Source of the DNA: an uncultured Verrucomicrobiae bacterium
GTDB lineage: Bacteria > Verrucomicrobiota > Verrucomicrobiia > Chthoniobacterales > Terrimicrobiaceae
DNA length: 64,000 nucleotides
Direction: 5' to 3'
Assembly: GCA_963708595.1 (NCBI GenBank)
Contig: CAVPTR010000045.1
Coordinates: 6,875 to 70,874, forward strand
A program made the position numbers and the translations under genes. This document shows, in pieces, positions 30,379 to 39,654 of the stretch. How positions within the stretch are numbered: the stretch's first letter is position 1; each line of letters begins with the position of its first letter. The notes beneath the pieces were generated by a model. The model had not been told where the DNA came from. It worked only from the letters and a program-made list of their open reading frames with translations, and did no database searches.

Positions 30379-30885
30379 TCACGAAGGCGAGGATTTTCTG
30401 ATCGTCGCCCTTCGCTGCCCAAACTGCCCTGAGGAAGTCAGCCGGGTGGAGACGATGTTCCTTCAAAAAGTGGCGGTCTCCGCCGCAGCAGTACATGATG
30501 TCATGGCAGAGTGCGCCCTTCCAGAAAGGAGCGGGCTTTTTGGATGATTCGCGGCAGCCAGGGGATGCCATCGAGCATGGCGCGCTTCGGCGGCAATTGG
30601 TCGGCGCGAATTTCCGCCGGGTTGGTCGAGGCCTTTCTGTTCGAAGAGAAAGTAATCGCGGCGAGCTGCGGCGATGAGCAGGAAGGTCTCCCAATCGGGT
30701 TCACCGAAAGTGACGAAGTCCTCCGCATAGTCATAAACGTTGATGGGTCTGAGACCGACGGAAGCGAGGACGCTTTTCTCATCGCCGGTAAAATAGGTCG
30801 CGTCATTTCGTTTGCCGTCGCGATAAAGGGAAACTGCCTTGTCGTAGACGGCGCGAAGGCTTTTTGTCCAAGCATTCAGTTCCAT
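30335..30885 (-). pseudogene. DUF5069-like protein; two frame changes
   Basis: MELNAWTKSLRAVYDKAVSLYRDGKRNDATYFTGDEKSVLASVGLRPINVYDYAEDFVTFGEPDWETFLLIAAARRDYFLFEQKG / ...PKRAMLDGIPWLPRIIQKARSFLEG / ALCHDIMYCCGGDRHFLKEHRLHPADFLRAVWAAKGDDQKIL... The family assignment is from memory, and the 3' end is uncertain. Confidence 0.5.
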
Positions 30886-30899
30886 GAGCTCTAACTCAC

Positions 30900-32389
30900 T
30901 TACCAAGAATAGTGCACCAGGTAGGTCAGTTTTTTCTCCTCGTCCGGCTCCAGTTTGACGCGGAATTCGATCTTTTGCGCGTCGAGCTTTGCGAAGGCGT
31001 CTGAGTTTTCGCGGATTTCCCAGTTGACCCAGCGAAACAAATGCTCGACGACGCGCACTTCAACGGCCTCTTTTTTTCGATTGCGCAGGATGATTTCGAA
31101 CGACTCGTCGGCCCAAGAGTTCGAGTTGTCCACCTTGAAGGCGGTCCGCTTGCGTTCACCGACGATGTCGAAGGCGTTGCCCACGTAGATGCGAACTGTC
31201 TCGTCTTTCGGTGTATGGTCGATATTGTTCTCGCCAACGAATTCGAGTTGGCCATCGTCGTCGCGCTGGTAAAATCTCAACCGTCCCTTGGGCAGCGCGA
31301 TGCCAAGACCGTTGTCGTTCGAGTTCTTGAATTCGCGCATGACCCATACCTTTGGATTGGACTCGGTGCCGAGGCTGTCGTTCTGCCTGAGGGACGGCCG
31401 GATCGTGACCGCGCCATCGGCTCCAATCGATCGACGCGCCGTCATAGACATACAGCCGTTCGGAATTGACCCCGGATGCACGCACAAACTCGACCTGCTT
31501 GGTTTCGCGATCCCGAAGCGTCATGGGACGCTGGAGCGTGTAAAGGTGGTACTCGTCGAAGGACTTCTCGGTCACGGGCGGGCCGGCGGCGTCCGCTGCG
31601 GGGGACATTGCTCGAGTTCTTATTTGTTCGTCTCGCTGGATCTTGCTGACATCGCCAGCCATGAGCTTGACGCGAGCCTTCTCGAAGTTCTTGCCGCTCT
31701 GATTGTCGATTGTCACCCAGCCGATGAGATCGAGCTCTTGGCCATTTTCCGGGGCTACGAGGTTGTAGTCGGCCTCCCAGCTCATGCCTCCGGAAACGTA
31801 ACAGAGCTCGGCGTCGAGTTTGCCGGCATTGCTGGACTGCAACTGCCAGCTCAATTCGGGCTTGAGAATGGTTTGATCCGCGAGCGCCGGGAAGACTGGC
31901 ATTCCCGGCAGTTGGAACTGGAGTTGTCCATCCACCTCAATGATCGGCTCTGCGGTATCTGCCGCCATGGTCGTCTGCGATTGATAGTAGGCTTCGCCAT
32001 AGCGTCTCATCGCCGCGAGGTTGTGCGGGGTATATCCGCTACGGATGACCCGGCCCTTGACAACGCGGTCCGGTTTTTGCGGCTCCTTCACGAGAAAGTC
32101 GATCTCCTTGCCCTCGAAAAGTGACAGCATCATCCTGTTGATTGACCGGATCGTTGCGAAAATTCTGCTCGAGGATCTGAAGCTCCGTCTTCCCTGAGGG
32201 ATCTCGAAGAATGACGGACTCCGGCTCGAGATGGACAGTGATTTCGGCAAACTTCACTTCATTGACTCCCGCCTTCAATTCCAGCGGAATTCTTTCGCGC
32301 ACTACGGCGAAGTTTTGGTTGTAGATTGTGAGGGCCGGGTCGGCGGCGAATGCAGCGAGTGGCAGGAACAGGAGTAGAAGTGTCTTCAT
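30900..32389 (-). pseudogene. DUF4139-domain protein (MuiA-like) with signal peptide; two frame changes
   Basis: MKTLLLLFLPLAAFAADPALTIYNQNFAVVRE... / ...MMLSLFEGKEIDFLV...ELCYVSGGMSWEADYNLV...GWVTIDNQSGKNFEKARVKLMAGDV... / ...LPKGRLRFYQRDDDGQLEFVGENNIDHTPKDETVRIYVGNAFD...KKLTYLVHYSW*. Confidence 0.7.
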
Positions 32390-32521
32390 GGATGTCGTTT
32401 CAGAGTTAACGCAGCAACAGACCGAAATGTTAGACAAGCTTGTCTTCAATCGTGAAAACCGTAACAAATGAGGCAAGTTTTCCCCCCGAATCCGCAGATT
32501 CACGGTTGCGTTTGAAAATCT

Positions 32522-33503
32522 TCAGGAGTTTCCAAGCACTTCGGCGGCGGTCTTGAAGTGCATTTTGGCCAGGACGGCGAGTGCGTCGCGTCCGCCCGTC
32601 TTCCGCGATCTTCCTGGCGGCCTCCTTGACAGAGGCCGAGACGCCACGAGGAAGGGGAACCCCAATGCGCTTTCCGGCGGCGTCGAGCCAGTCAATGAAT
32701 TTCTCACGGGCGAGAATGGAAGCAGCGGCAACGGCGTAGTCCGATTCGGCCTTGGTTCGCTGGTCGAGGACGATATTGCGACCATTTTCCATCAGGGCTC
32801 GCTGAAGCACGCGAACGTCAGCAAACTTGTCGGAAAGAGCGCGCGGGCATTCCGGCCGGAGAGCGCAGAGATTTTCGATGACGCGCGCGTGCCCCCATGC
32901 GAGCAGGCGGTTGAGATTGCCGATTTTCTGGAAAAGCGCATTATAGCGGTCGGGTCCGATGGTGACGACGCTCTGCGCAGCGCCAGACTTGCGGATGGCA
33001 GTCGCAAGGTCACGAATGCGCTTGTCGGATGAAATGCGTTTGCTGTCGGTGATCCCGATCTCTTGGAATCTCCGCGTAAAATCGCGGTCCACGTAAACCC
33101 CTGCGATGACGAGCGGGCCGAAAAAGTCGCCCTTGCCGCTTTCGTCGACGCCGAAGTGCGGCTCAAACATTTCAGGATTGAGCACCTCCTCGTAGCCGAG
33201 CTTGGCTTCGCCAAGGATGTCCGGCTCGAGGCGGAAGCGAACAAAGTCTTCGGTGCCCCGGCCCTGGATCACCGCTTTCGGCCCTTTTTCATAGACAGCG
33301 ACAGTCAGCTTGTCCTTCTGCGCAAAGTAGAGGGTGTAGGGGCGCGTTTCGAATTTGTATCCCTCCTCTCTCAGCAAGTGCTTCAATTTCGCGGCTTGCG
33401 CAGGCGTCAGCGGAGTATTGTAAAGGGTGATGGCTTTGTCGGGCACGGGACGAACCAGTAAAGCGCAGGCACGCCGGGACGCAGAGGAAAAAATCCGGCG
33501 CAA
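32522..33503 (-). pseudogene. rnhC: Ribonuclease HIII; last ~25 codons out of frame (change at about 32596)
   Basis: ...YKFETRPYTLYFAQKDKLTVAVYEKGPKAVIQG...HFGVDESGKGDFFGPLVIAGVYV...ITDSKRIS...LSDKFA. The true tail, GRDALAVLAKMHFKTAAEVLGNS*, is in ORF 32522..32785. The start is uncertain (ATG 33503 or GTG 33446). Confidence 0.8.
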
Positions 33504-34452
33504 GCTCCAATGTTGGTTTGAGCGGCACGGACGTGACCTGCCGTGGCGCCAGACGCGCGACCCCTACGCTGTGATGGTGTCGGAATTCATGCTGCAGCAG
33601 ACGACGGTGACGGCCGTGATTCCGTATTTTGAGCGTTGGATGGCAAGATTCCCGACGCTTGAGATTCTCGCCAGCGCTGCGGAAGAGGATGTGCTCGCGC
33701 TCTGGCAGGGGCTGGGATATTACAGCCGCGCACGAAATCTTCACCGAGCTGCCATTGCGGTGATAGAAGAAGGAGGGGGAGGAAAGATTCCGTGTTCTGT
33801 GGAGGCCCTGCGCCGCCTGCCAGGGGTGGGTGAATACACAGCGGCGGCCATCGCGTCTTTTGCGTTCAATGCGGCAGAACTGGTGATCGACGCGAATATC
33901 GCGCGGGTCCTCGCCCGGTTGTGGAATTGGCGAAACCCGGTGGACGACGCGGACGGGCGTGCATTTTTGAGAGAGGCGGCGCGGAAACTTCTGCCAGAAA
34001 AGGGTGGCCGCCTGCACAATTCGGCGCTGATGGAACTCGGGGCTCTGATTTGCGTCGCACGAAACCCGCGATGTCCCGAATGTCCGGTCCGCGGCGATTG
34101 CTCGGCACAGCAACCGGAGTCGCTGCCCGTGAAGCGGTCGCGCAGTCGCGTTGAAGGGATTTCCGAGGCGCGAGCCTTCGTTTTCGCGCAGGGAAAACTA
34201 TGGTTGGAACAGTCTCTGGGTCCGCGCTGGCGCGGACTCTGGTTGCTTCCGCAGGCCGATTCGACGAACTCCCGGGCCGATCACGTGGAGGTGTATTCAA
34301 TCACGCGTTTTCGCGTGACGATGGGAGTGTTCATCGAATCTCGGAAGAGCCGTTCGTTATCGGGTTACGTTCCCGGCGGGCTTCCGCCAATGCCCTCGCC
34401 ACATCGGAGAGCAGTTGCAGCAATGTTGGCCAGAGTTCATAATGGAAAGTGA
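33427..34452 (+). CDS. mutY: A/G-specific adenine DNA glycosylase
   Basis: [38 protein letters not shown]...[14 protein letters not shown]...and the 4Fe-4S cluster loop [17 protein letters not shown]. Confidence 0.9.
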   Translation: MMALSGTGRTSKAQARRDAEEKIRRKLQCWFERHGRDLPWRQTRDPYAVMVSEFMLQQTTVTAVIPYFERWMARFPTLEILASAAEEDVLALWQGLGYYSRARNLHRAAIAVIEEGGGGKIPCSVEALRRLPGVGEYTAAAIASFAFNAAELVIDANIARVLARLWNWRNPVDDADGRAFLREAARKLLPEKGGRLHNSALMELGALICVARNPRCPECPVRGDCSAQQPESLPVKRSRSRVEGISEARAFVFAQGKLWLEQSLGPRWRGLWLLPQADSTNSRADHVEVYSITRFRVTMGVFIESRKSRSLSGYVPGGLPPMPSPHRRAVAAMLARVHNGK

Positions 34453-35669
34453 TGCCTTCCGAAATTTCCGCTCTCGTTCCTGATGCGCATGGCCACTTTG
34501 GACCATACGGGGGAAGGTTTGTTCCTGAAACGCTGGTGAGCGCGCTTGATGACTTGGAACGGGAATACCAGAAGGCCCGTACCGATCCGGAGTTCCGCAG
34601 AGAGTTTTCGTCTCTTCTGGCTGACTATTGCGGGCGTCCCACACCGCTCTATTTGGCGGAGCGCCTCACCCGCCAACTTGGCGGCGCGAAAATCTATTTA
34701 AAGCGCGAGGACCTCCTGCATACTGGCGCGCACAAAATCAATAACGCAGTCGGGCAGGCGATTCTGTGCAAACGGATGGGAAAGAAGCGTGTGATTGCCG
34801 AGACCGGTGCGGGACAGCATGGGGTGGCGACGGCCACAGTGGCGGCCCGCTTCGGCTTCGAATGTGTTGTTTACATGGGCGCCGTGGACATGAAGCGCCA
34901 GGCGCTCAACGTCTCGCGCATGGAATTCTTGGGCGCGAAAGTCGTTGCCGTGACGGCCGGCCAGGCGACGCTCAAGGAGGCAATCAACGAGGCCATGCGG
35001 GATTGGGTAACCAATGTGCGCTCGACCCATTATGTGTTAGGCACGGCTTACGGCTCGCATCCTTATCCCATGATGGTGCGCGATTTTCATCGCATCATTG
35101 GCGATGAGGCCCGGCGCCAGATGCTGCATCGCGAAGAACGGCTTCCAGATCTGCTCATTGCATGCGTCGGCGGCGGAAGCAATGCCATAGGACTCTTCTA
35201 TCCTTTCCTCCGTGATGAAGGCGTGAGAATGACGGGCGTTGAAGCCGGCGGCGAAGGAATCGTCCGCGGACGGCACGCGGCGCGTTTCCAGGGAGGAAAG
35301 CTTGGCGTGTTGCAAGGCGCAAAAACATGGCTGCTGGCGAATGATGACGGGCAAATCGAATTGACGCATTCGGTTTCGGCAGGCCTGGATTACGCCGCGG
35401 TCGGGCCGGAGCATTGTTATCTGCGCGACATCGGCCGGGCGGAATACGATTACGCGACCGACAACGAAGCGCTGGCGGCATTCCGCACGCTTGCCGAAAC
35501 CGAAGGGATCATCCCCGCACTGGAGTCCGCGCACGCTGTGGCGCATGCAATCAAGGTTGCGCCAAATATGAAGCCGGATCAGATCATTCTCGTGAACCTC
35601 TCCGGACGAGGCGACAAGGACGTCGCGCAGGCTGCGGAGTTTCTCTCAAAGGGAAATGCAGTCCATTAG
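34452..35669 (+). CDS. trpB: Tryptophan synthase beta chain
   Basis: [15 protein letters not shown]...[21 protein letters not shown]...[12 protein letters not shown]...GGGSNAIG is a canonical TrpB. The ATG at 34452 overlaps the mutY stop (TGATG). The ORF track starts one codon earlier, at a GTG. Confidence 0.92.
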   Translation: MPSEISALVPDAHGHFGPYGGRFVPETLVSALDDLEREYQKARTDPEFRREFSSLLADYCGRPTPLYLAERLTRQLGGAKIYLKREDLLHTGAHKINNAVGQAILCKRMGKKRVIAETGAGQHGVATATVAARFGFECVVYMGAVDMKRQALNVSRMEFLGAKVVAVTAGQATLKEAINEAMRDWVTNVRSTHYVLGTAYGSHPYPMMVRDFHRIIGDEARRQMLHREERLPDLLIACVGGGSNAIGLFYPFLRDEGVRMTGVEAGGEGIVRGRHAARFQGGKLGVLQGAKTWLLANDDGQIELTHSVSAGLDYAAVGPEHCYLRDIGRAEYDYATDNEALAAFRTLAETEGIIPALESAHAVAHAIKVAPNMKPDQIILVNLSGRGDKDVAQAAEFLSKGNAVH

Positions 35670-36064
35670 CGTTGTCTCCGAGGCTGACATCCTCCAACGT
35701 CGAAAACCTTCGAGTTCACGTGGGGTTCAAACACCTTAACGCACTCAAATATAGATTGCCCAAACCAAAAGAGCATCAATTGCTAATCGTAAATATTGCC
35801 ACTAACAGTTTTAAAATACGTCACTTACGTGTAGGCTATTATTTCCGAGAAATAACCAGATCCATGCCTCTAAACTCACTTGGTCGCTGTGGAATCGGGA
35901 CCCCTGCCTATTCTGGCAAACCGGCCTTGCGCAGCGCGTCGAGGTAGCGCCATGACGGCGGGGTCCTTCCAGGGAACGGCGGCGCGAATCTTCGCGATAG
36001 TTGTGCCCGGCGGAATGCTCAAAAGCGCGCGAAACGCGTGTTACTTGGGTTTTCCAAGAGTGTC

Positions 36065-37897
36065 TTACGCCGCAACGGCTTCCTCGTGATGAAATTGAAG
36101 CTGGTAAAGTTTGCGGTAGAGGCGCGACTTTTCGAGCAGAGTGGCATGGGGGCCGATATCCACGATGCGGCCATGAGCCATCACGACGATGCTATCCGAC
36201 TTGAGAATGGTCGAGAGGCGATGCGCAATGGCGATGACGGTGCGCCCATGAGCGAGGCGCTCGAGTGCCGCTTGGATCATGCGTTCCGATTCGGAATCGA
36301 GCGCCGATGTCGCCTCATCCAGTAACAGCACGGGTGCGTTCTTTAGCAAAGCGCGCGCAATGGCAAGCCGCTGCTGCTGGCCGCCCGAGAGAAGGCAGCC
36401 CTTATCGCCAACGATGGTGTCGTAACCCTCCGGCTGAGCCAGGATGAAATCGTGGGCGTAGGCGAGCTTTGCGGCGGCGTGGATCTCCGCCTCGGTGGCA
36501 TCCAAACGTCCGTAACGGATGTTCTCGTAGATCGTGTCGTGAAACAGAAACGTATCCTGAGTGACGATTCCTATATGCTCGCGAAGCGACTGCTGCGTGA
36601 TAGTGCGAAGATCGCGTCCGTCGAGCTCGATAGCACCGGCCTGCGGGTCGTAGAAGCGCAAGATGAGCGAGAGCATAGTCGTTTTGCCCGCGCCGCTTGC
36701 ACCGACCAATGCGTATTGCTTGCCGGGTGCGACTTCCAGATTGACGTTTTGGAGTGCCTTCGTGTCCTGCCCGTATGAAAAATTGACGTCGCGAAACGTA
36801 ATCCCGCCGCGGCATTGGGTGAGCACCGTGGCGTTCGGCGCATCCTCGATGGCGGGTTTGAGCTGCATGAGGTCAAAGACATTTGTCGTGGAGGCGAGGC
36901 ACTTCTGCATGAGCATTGGAATCCTGCTCAAAGATTTGAGGGGATTGTAGAGCAGAAAGATTCCCGAGACCAGCGCGATGAACTTCATGAAGCTGATGTT
37001 GAAGTAGTAAACGTAGAACAGAGCGAGGACGACGCCGCAGGCCGAAACGGACTCAATCAGCGGCTGCACGATATCGGTGCTCCTGCGCACTTTCATGCTA
37101 TTGTGGCACTGAATGGCGCTTGATTTCTCGAATTGCTCGATCTGGTAGTCTTCTCGGGCAAAGGACTTGATCACGCGAACGCCCGCGAAGCTTTCCTGAA
37201 GAATGACCGCCATCGTGCCTGCCTCGTTTTCCTCGGCCGTGCCGGCTTTGCGCACCTTCTTTCCAAAGATCATGACCGGAACGATGCAGATCGGAAAGAG
37301 CACGAGCGTGGTCAGGCTGAATCTCCAATCCATAACCACCAGAACGCACACGCCGACAATAACCGCGATCGGATCCTTCACGATATTCCCTGCAATGGAT
37401 GTCAGGGCATTCTGGGCCATTCGCGTGTCGTTGAGCACACGGGAAATGAGTTTGCCGGATTTGGCCTTGTTAAAGAATTCGAGCGATTGTGAAATCAGAT
37501 GGCGGAAGAGCTGGGTGCGAAGATCCTGCAGCACGCGAAAGCTCACCCACGCCATGCAGTAGCCGTTCAAGAAGGAGAAAACGCCTCGCGCGACCATTGC
37601 CACAGGAATGAGGAGACTAATCCAGAGAATCCCTTCGATGCCGGGCCCGGAGTCCTGGCCGCCGCTCGACATGAGCATCTTGTAGGCGTTCGGATTTTGT
37701 CCGGTCGGGAAAATTTTGTCGCCAACGACCTTAACCACGAGGGGAAAAACCCCGTTGAGCATTCCCGCCGCCACTCCGCACAGAAGCCCGAATACAAATC
37801 GGCCCCGGTAAGGCTTCATGTACTGCGCAAGCTTCAAATATGGCCTCCAGCCCTGCCGCAGCAGCTCAAAGAAGGACAGTTTCTCTTTCTCGGCCAT
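36065..37897 (-). CDS. ABC transporter permease/ATP-binding protein, MsbA-like lipid exporter
   Basis: A six-TM N-terminal half, then Walker A GASGAGKTT, the signature LSGGQQQRLAIARAL and Walker B LLLDEATSALD. 610 aa, intact. Confidence 0.85.
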   Translation of the reverse strand: MAEKEKLSFFELLRQGWRPYLKLAQYMKPYRGRFVFGLLCGVAAGMLNGVFPLVVKVVGDKIFPTGQNPNAYKMLMSSGGQDSGPGIEGILWISLLIPVAMVARGVFSFLNGYCMAWVSFRVLQDLRTQLFRHLISQSLEFFNKAKSGKLISRVLNDTRMAQNALTSIAGNIVKDPIAVIVGVCVLVVMDWRFSLTTLVLFPICIVPVMIFGKKVRKAGTAEENEAGTMAVILQESFAGVRVIKSFAREDYQIEQFEKSSAIQCHNSMKVRRSTDIVQPLIESVSACGVVLALFYVYYFNISFMKFIALVSGIFLLYNPLKSLSRIPMLMQKCLASTTNVFDLMQLKPAIEDAPNATVLTQCRGGITFRDVNFSYGQDTKALQNVNLEVAPGKQYALVGASGAGKTTMLSLILRFYDPQAGAIELDGRDLRTITQQSLREHIGIVTQDTFLFHDTIYENIRYGRLDATEAEIHAAAKLAYAHDFILAQPEGYDTIVGDKGCLLSGGQQQRLAIARALLKNAPVLLLDEATSALDSESERMIQAALERLAHGRTVIAIAHRLSTILKSDSIVVMAHGRIVDIGPHATLLEKSRLYRKLYQLQFHHEEAVAA

Positions 37898-37936
37898 CAG
37901 GGATTACCTTTATACCATTTTCACCAACCCTCGAAT

Positions 37937-39022
37937 TTAAAATGCGGTTGCCTCGGTAAAGATTTCAAAATACCAATTCCAGATTTCTTCACCTCCAAAC
38001 ACCCAAATGATGGCGCCCAGAGTGAGAAAGGGACCAAAAGGAACCCGGGAGCCCGTCCTATCGCGGGCGAGAAAGATGCCCGCGAGGGCAGCGACGCAGC
38101 CGATGATCGAGCCCGCGCACAGCGTGAAGAGGACTGCTTTCCATCCGAGGAACGCGCCAATTGCGGCAATAAGCTTCACGTCGCCGAATCCCATGGCTTC
38201 GCGCGGGATGACGATGGCCCTCAATGTTCCAGTGATCGCTTCCAGTTCCCCCAAGGGTGTCTCCTCGTCCGCAACGATCATCCGGTCGTGGCGAAAGCGA
38301 AGGACAGGAGCCGCTCCGGCGATGCTGGCAGTCGCGCATTCGAGCACAAGCTCATCGGATTCCCTGGCGAAGATTTCTTCCCAAGACAGCGTTTCATCTC
38401 CGATCTGCAGCGTGACGTCGTCTCCGTTTGGCCGCAAAGTGAATGGCTCTTCCCTCTCAAAACGGTGCCGCTTGTTGCCGAACGCAAGTTTACCGAGTTC
38501 GACGATAAGCCAGAGCAGGCCATAACCAAAGGCGGCCGCGGCAAGCGAGAAGCCAAAGGCCTCAAGCCGCGAGGGCGTTTGCATCATCCGCGGAAAGAGA
38601 ATGCTCAAGAGAAGTCCTGCCGTCGTTCCGCCCCAGGTAATTTCATCCGGGATGATGAAGTGCTCGATGTCAATGAAGGTGGCAGCGATCAGCAATGCGA
38701 GAAGAATCCAATAAACCGGTGCGAGCGGAAAACCGTAGCGAGTCCACGCAAGAACAAAGAGCACCGCGGTGAGAAACTCAACCAGCGGATACCGAAAGGA
38801 AATCCTCGCCCCGCAGGATGAACATTTCCCGCGCAATAAGACCCAGCTTAAGAGAGGGACATTCTCGCGCCAGGGAATCGCGCAGTTGCAGGCCGGGCAG
38901 AACGAGCGCCGTGGGTTGTTGAGCGCAATGCCGCGCGGCATCCGGTAGATGCAGGCGTTGAGGAACGATCCCACGATTCCGCCAATCACCGCCGCGAAGA
39001 CGGGAAAAATTGCCTCTCTCAT
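37937..39022 (-). CDS. Prepilin peptidase (A24 family) with a ~94-aa insertion before the second catalytic Asp
   Basis: The N-terminal Cys box is FCPACNCAIPW...CSSCGARI. The catalytic Asp motifs are TFIDIEHFIIPD and AMGFGDVKL. The extra soluble segment covers residues ~182-275. Confidence 0.85.
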   Translation of the reverse strand: MREAIFPVFAAVIGGIVGSFLNACIYRMPRGIALNNPRRSFCPACNCAIPWRENVPLLSWVLLRGKCSSCGARISFRYPLVEFLTAVLFVLAWTRYGFPLAPVYWILLALLIAATFIDIEHFIIPDEITWGGTTAGLLLSILFPRMMQTPSRLEAFGFSLAAAAFGYGLLWLIVELGKLAFGNKRHRFEREEPFTLRPNGDDVTLQIGDETLSWEEIFARESDELVLECATASIAGAAPVLRFRHDRMIVADEETPLGELEAITGTLRAIVIPREAMGFGDVKLIAAIGAFLGWKAVLFTLCAGSIIGCVAALAGIFLARDRTGSRVPFGPFLTLGAIIWVFGGEEIWNWYFEIFTEATAF

Positions 39023-39654
39023 TCTCCTGCGAGTGCCGACTCGGCCATCTCGCAGAGGACGTGAAGAAGAAACTTCTGCGCCTCCTGAATTCGCGCTGTT
39101 GAGCCCGAGCGGACAATCAAGTCAATGTCGGCGGCGCCCGCCGTAAAGCCGCCGCCTTTTCCCAGCAAGGCTATGGTCTTCATCTCTCGCCGGCGCGCCT
39201 CTTCAAGCGCCGACAAGACATTGCGCGACTTGCCGCTGGTCGAGAGGGCGATCAGCACATCCCCGGGTTTCGCGAACGCACGAACCTGGCGCGAAAAAAC
39301 GTCCTGAAAGCCGTAGTCGTTCCCGATGGCTGTGAGGAGTCCGCCATCGGCGCTCAAGGCAAGCGCCGGATACGGGCGACGGTCTCTCTCGAAGCGACAG
39401 GTGAATTCCGTCGCTATATGCGCGCTGTCAGCCGCACTTCCGCCGTTTCCGCAAATGAGTAGCTTGCCGCCGTTCGTCAGGCAGTCACAAACAGTTTCCA
39501 CCGCCCGGGCAAAATCGCCCTCGAGGGCGCGCAAAGTCTCGAAGGTATCGAGAGCCTCGTTGAGCGAGGATTGAAATGGCGTCAGGCGGCCAGCCGTTGC
39601 GGTGCGAGGCACAGTCGGGAATCTTCGCTGATAATTTCGTTCAGGGCCGGCCAA
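39019..39654 (-). CDS. gmhA: SIS-domain phosphoheptose isomerase (GmhA-like)
   Basis: LLICGNGGSAADSAHIATEF...GDVLIALSTSGKSRNVL...ARIQEAQ. The stop overlaps the peptidase start (ATGA). The annotated start overlaps the upstream gene by 72 nt, so the start is uncertain. Confidence 0.75.
   Translation of the reverse strand: MAGPERNYQRRFPTVPRTATAGRLTPFQSSLNEALDTFETLRALEGDFARAVETVCDCLTNGGKLLICGNGGSAADSAHIATEFTCRFERDRRPYPALALSADGGLLTAIGNDYGFQDVFSRQVRAFAKPGDVLIALSTSGKSRNVLSALEEARRREMKTIALLGKGGGFTAGAADIDLIVRSGSTARIQEAQKFLLHVLCEMAESALAGE

Noticed and set aside
15657-32596. Programmed ribosomal frameshifting, transcriptional slippage or another recoding mechanism as the explanation for the many frame changes.
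   Set aside because: There are dozens of events, up to 10 or more in one gene. They share no heptamer or stimulatory structure that I could see. They occur in both directions. They stop abruptly at coordinates inside genes rather than tracking gene classes. Known recoding systems involve one defined site per gene.
35722-35735. tRNA-like T-loop strings: GGGGTTCAAACACC at 35722-35735 and GGGTGTTCACCGAACCC at 59916-59932.
   Set aside because: I could build no complementary acceptor stem, D-arm or anticodon arm around either string. The T-stems themselves pair only 4 bp.
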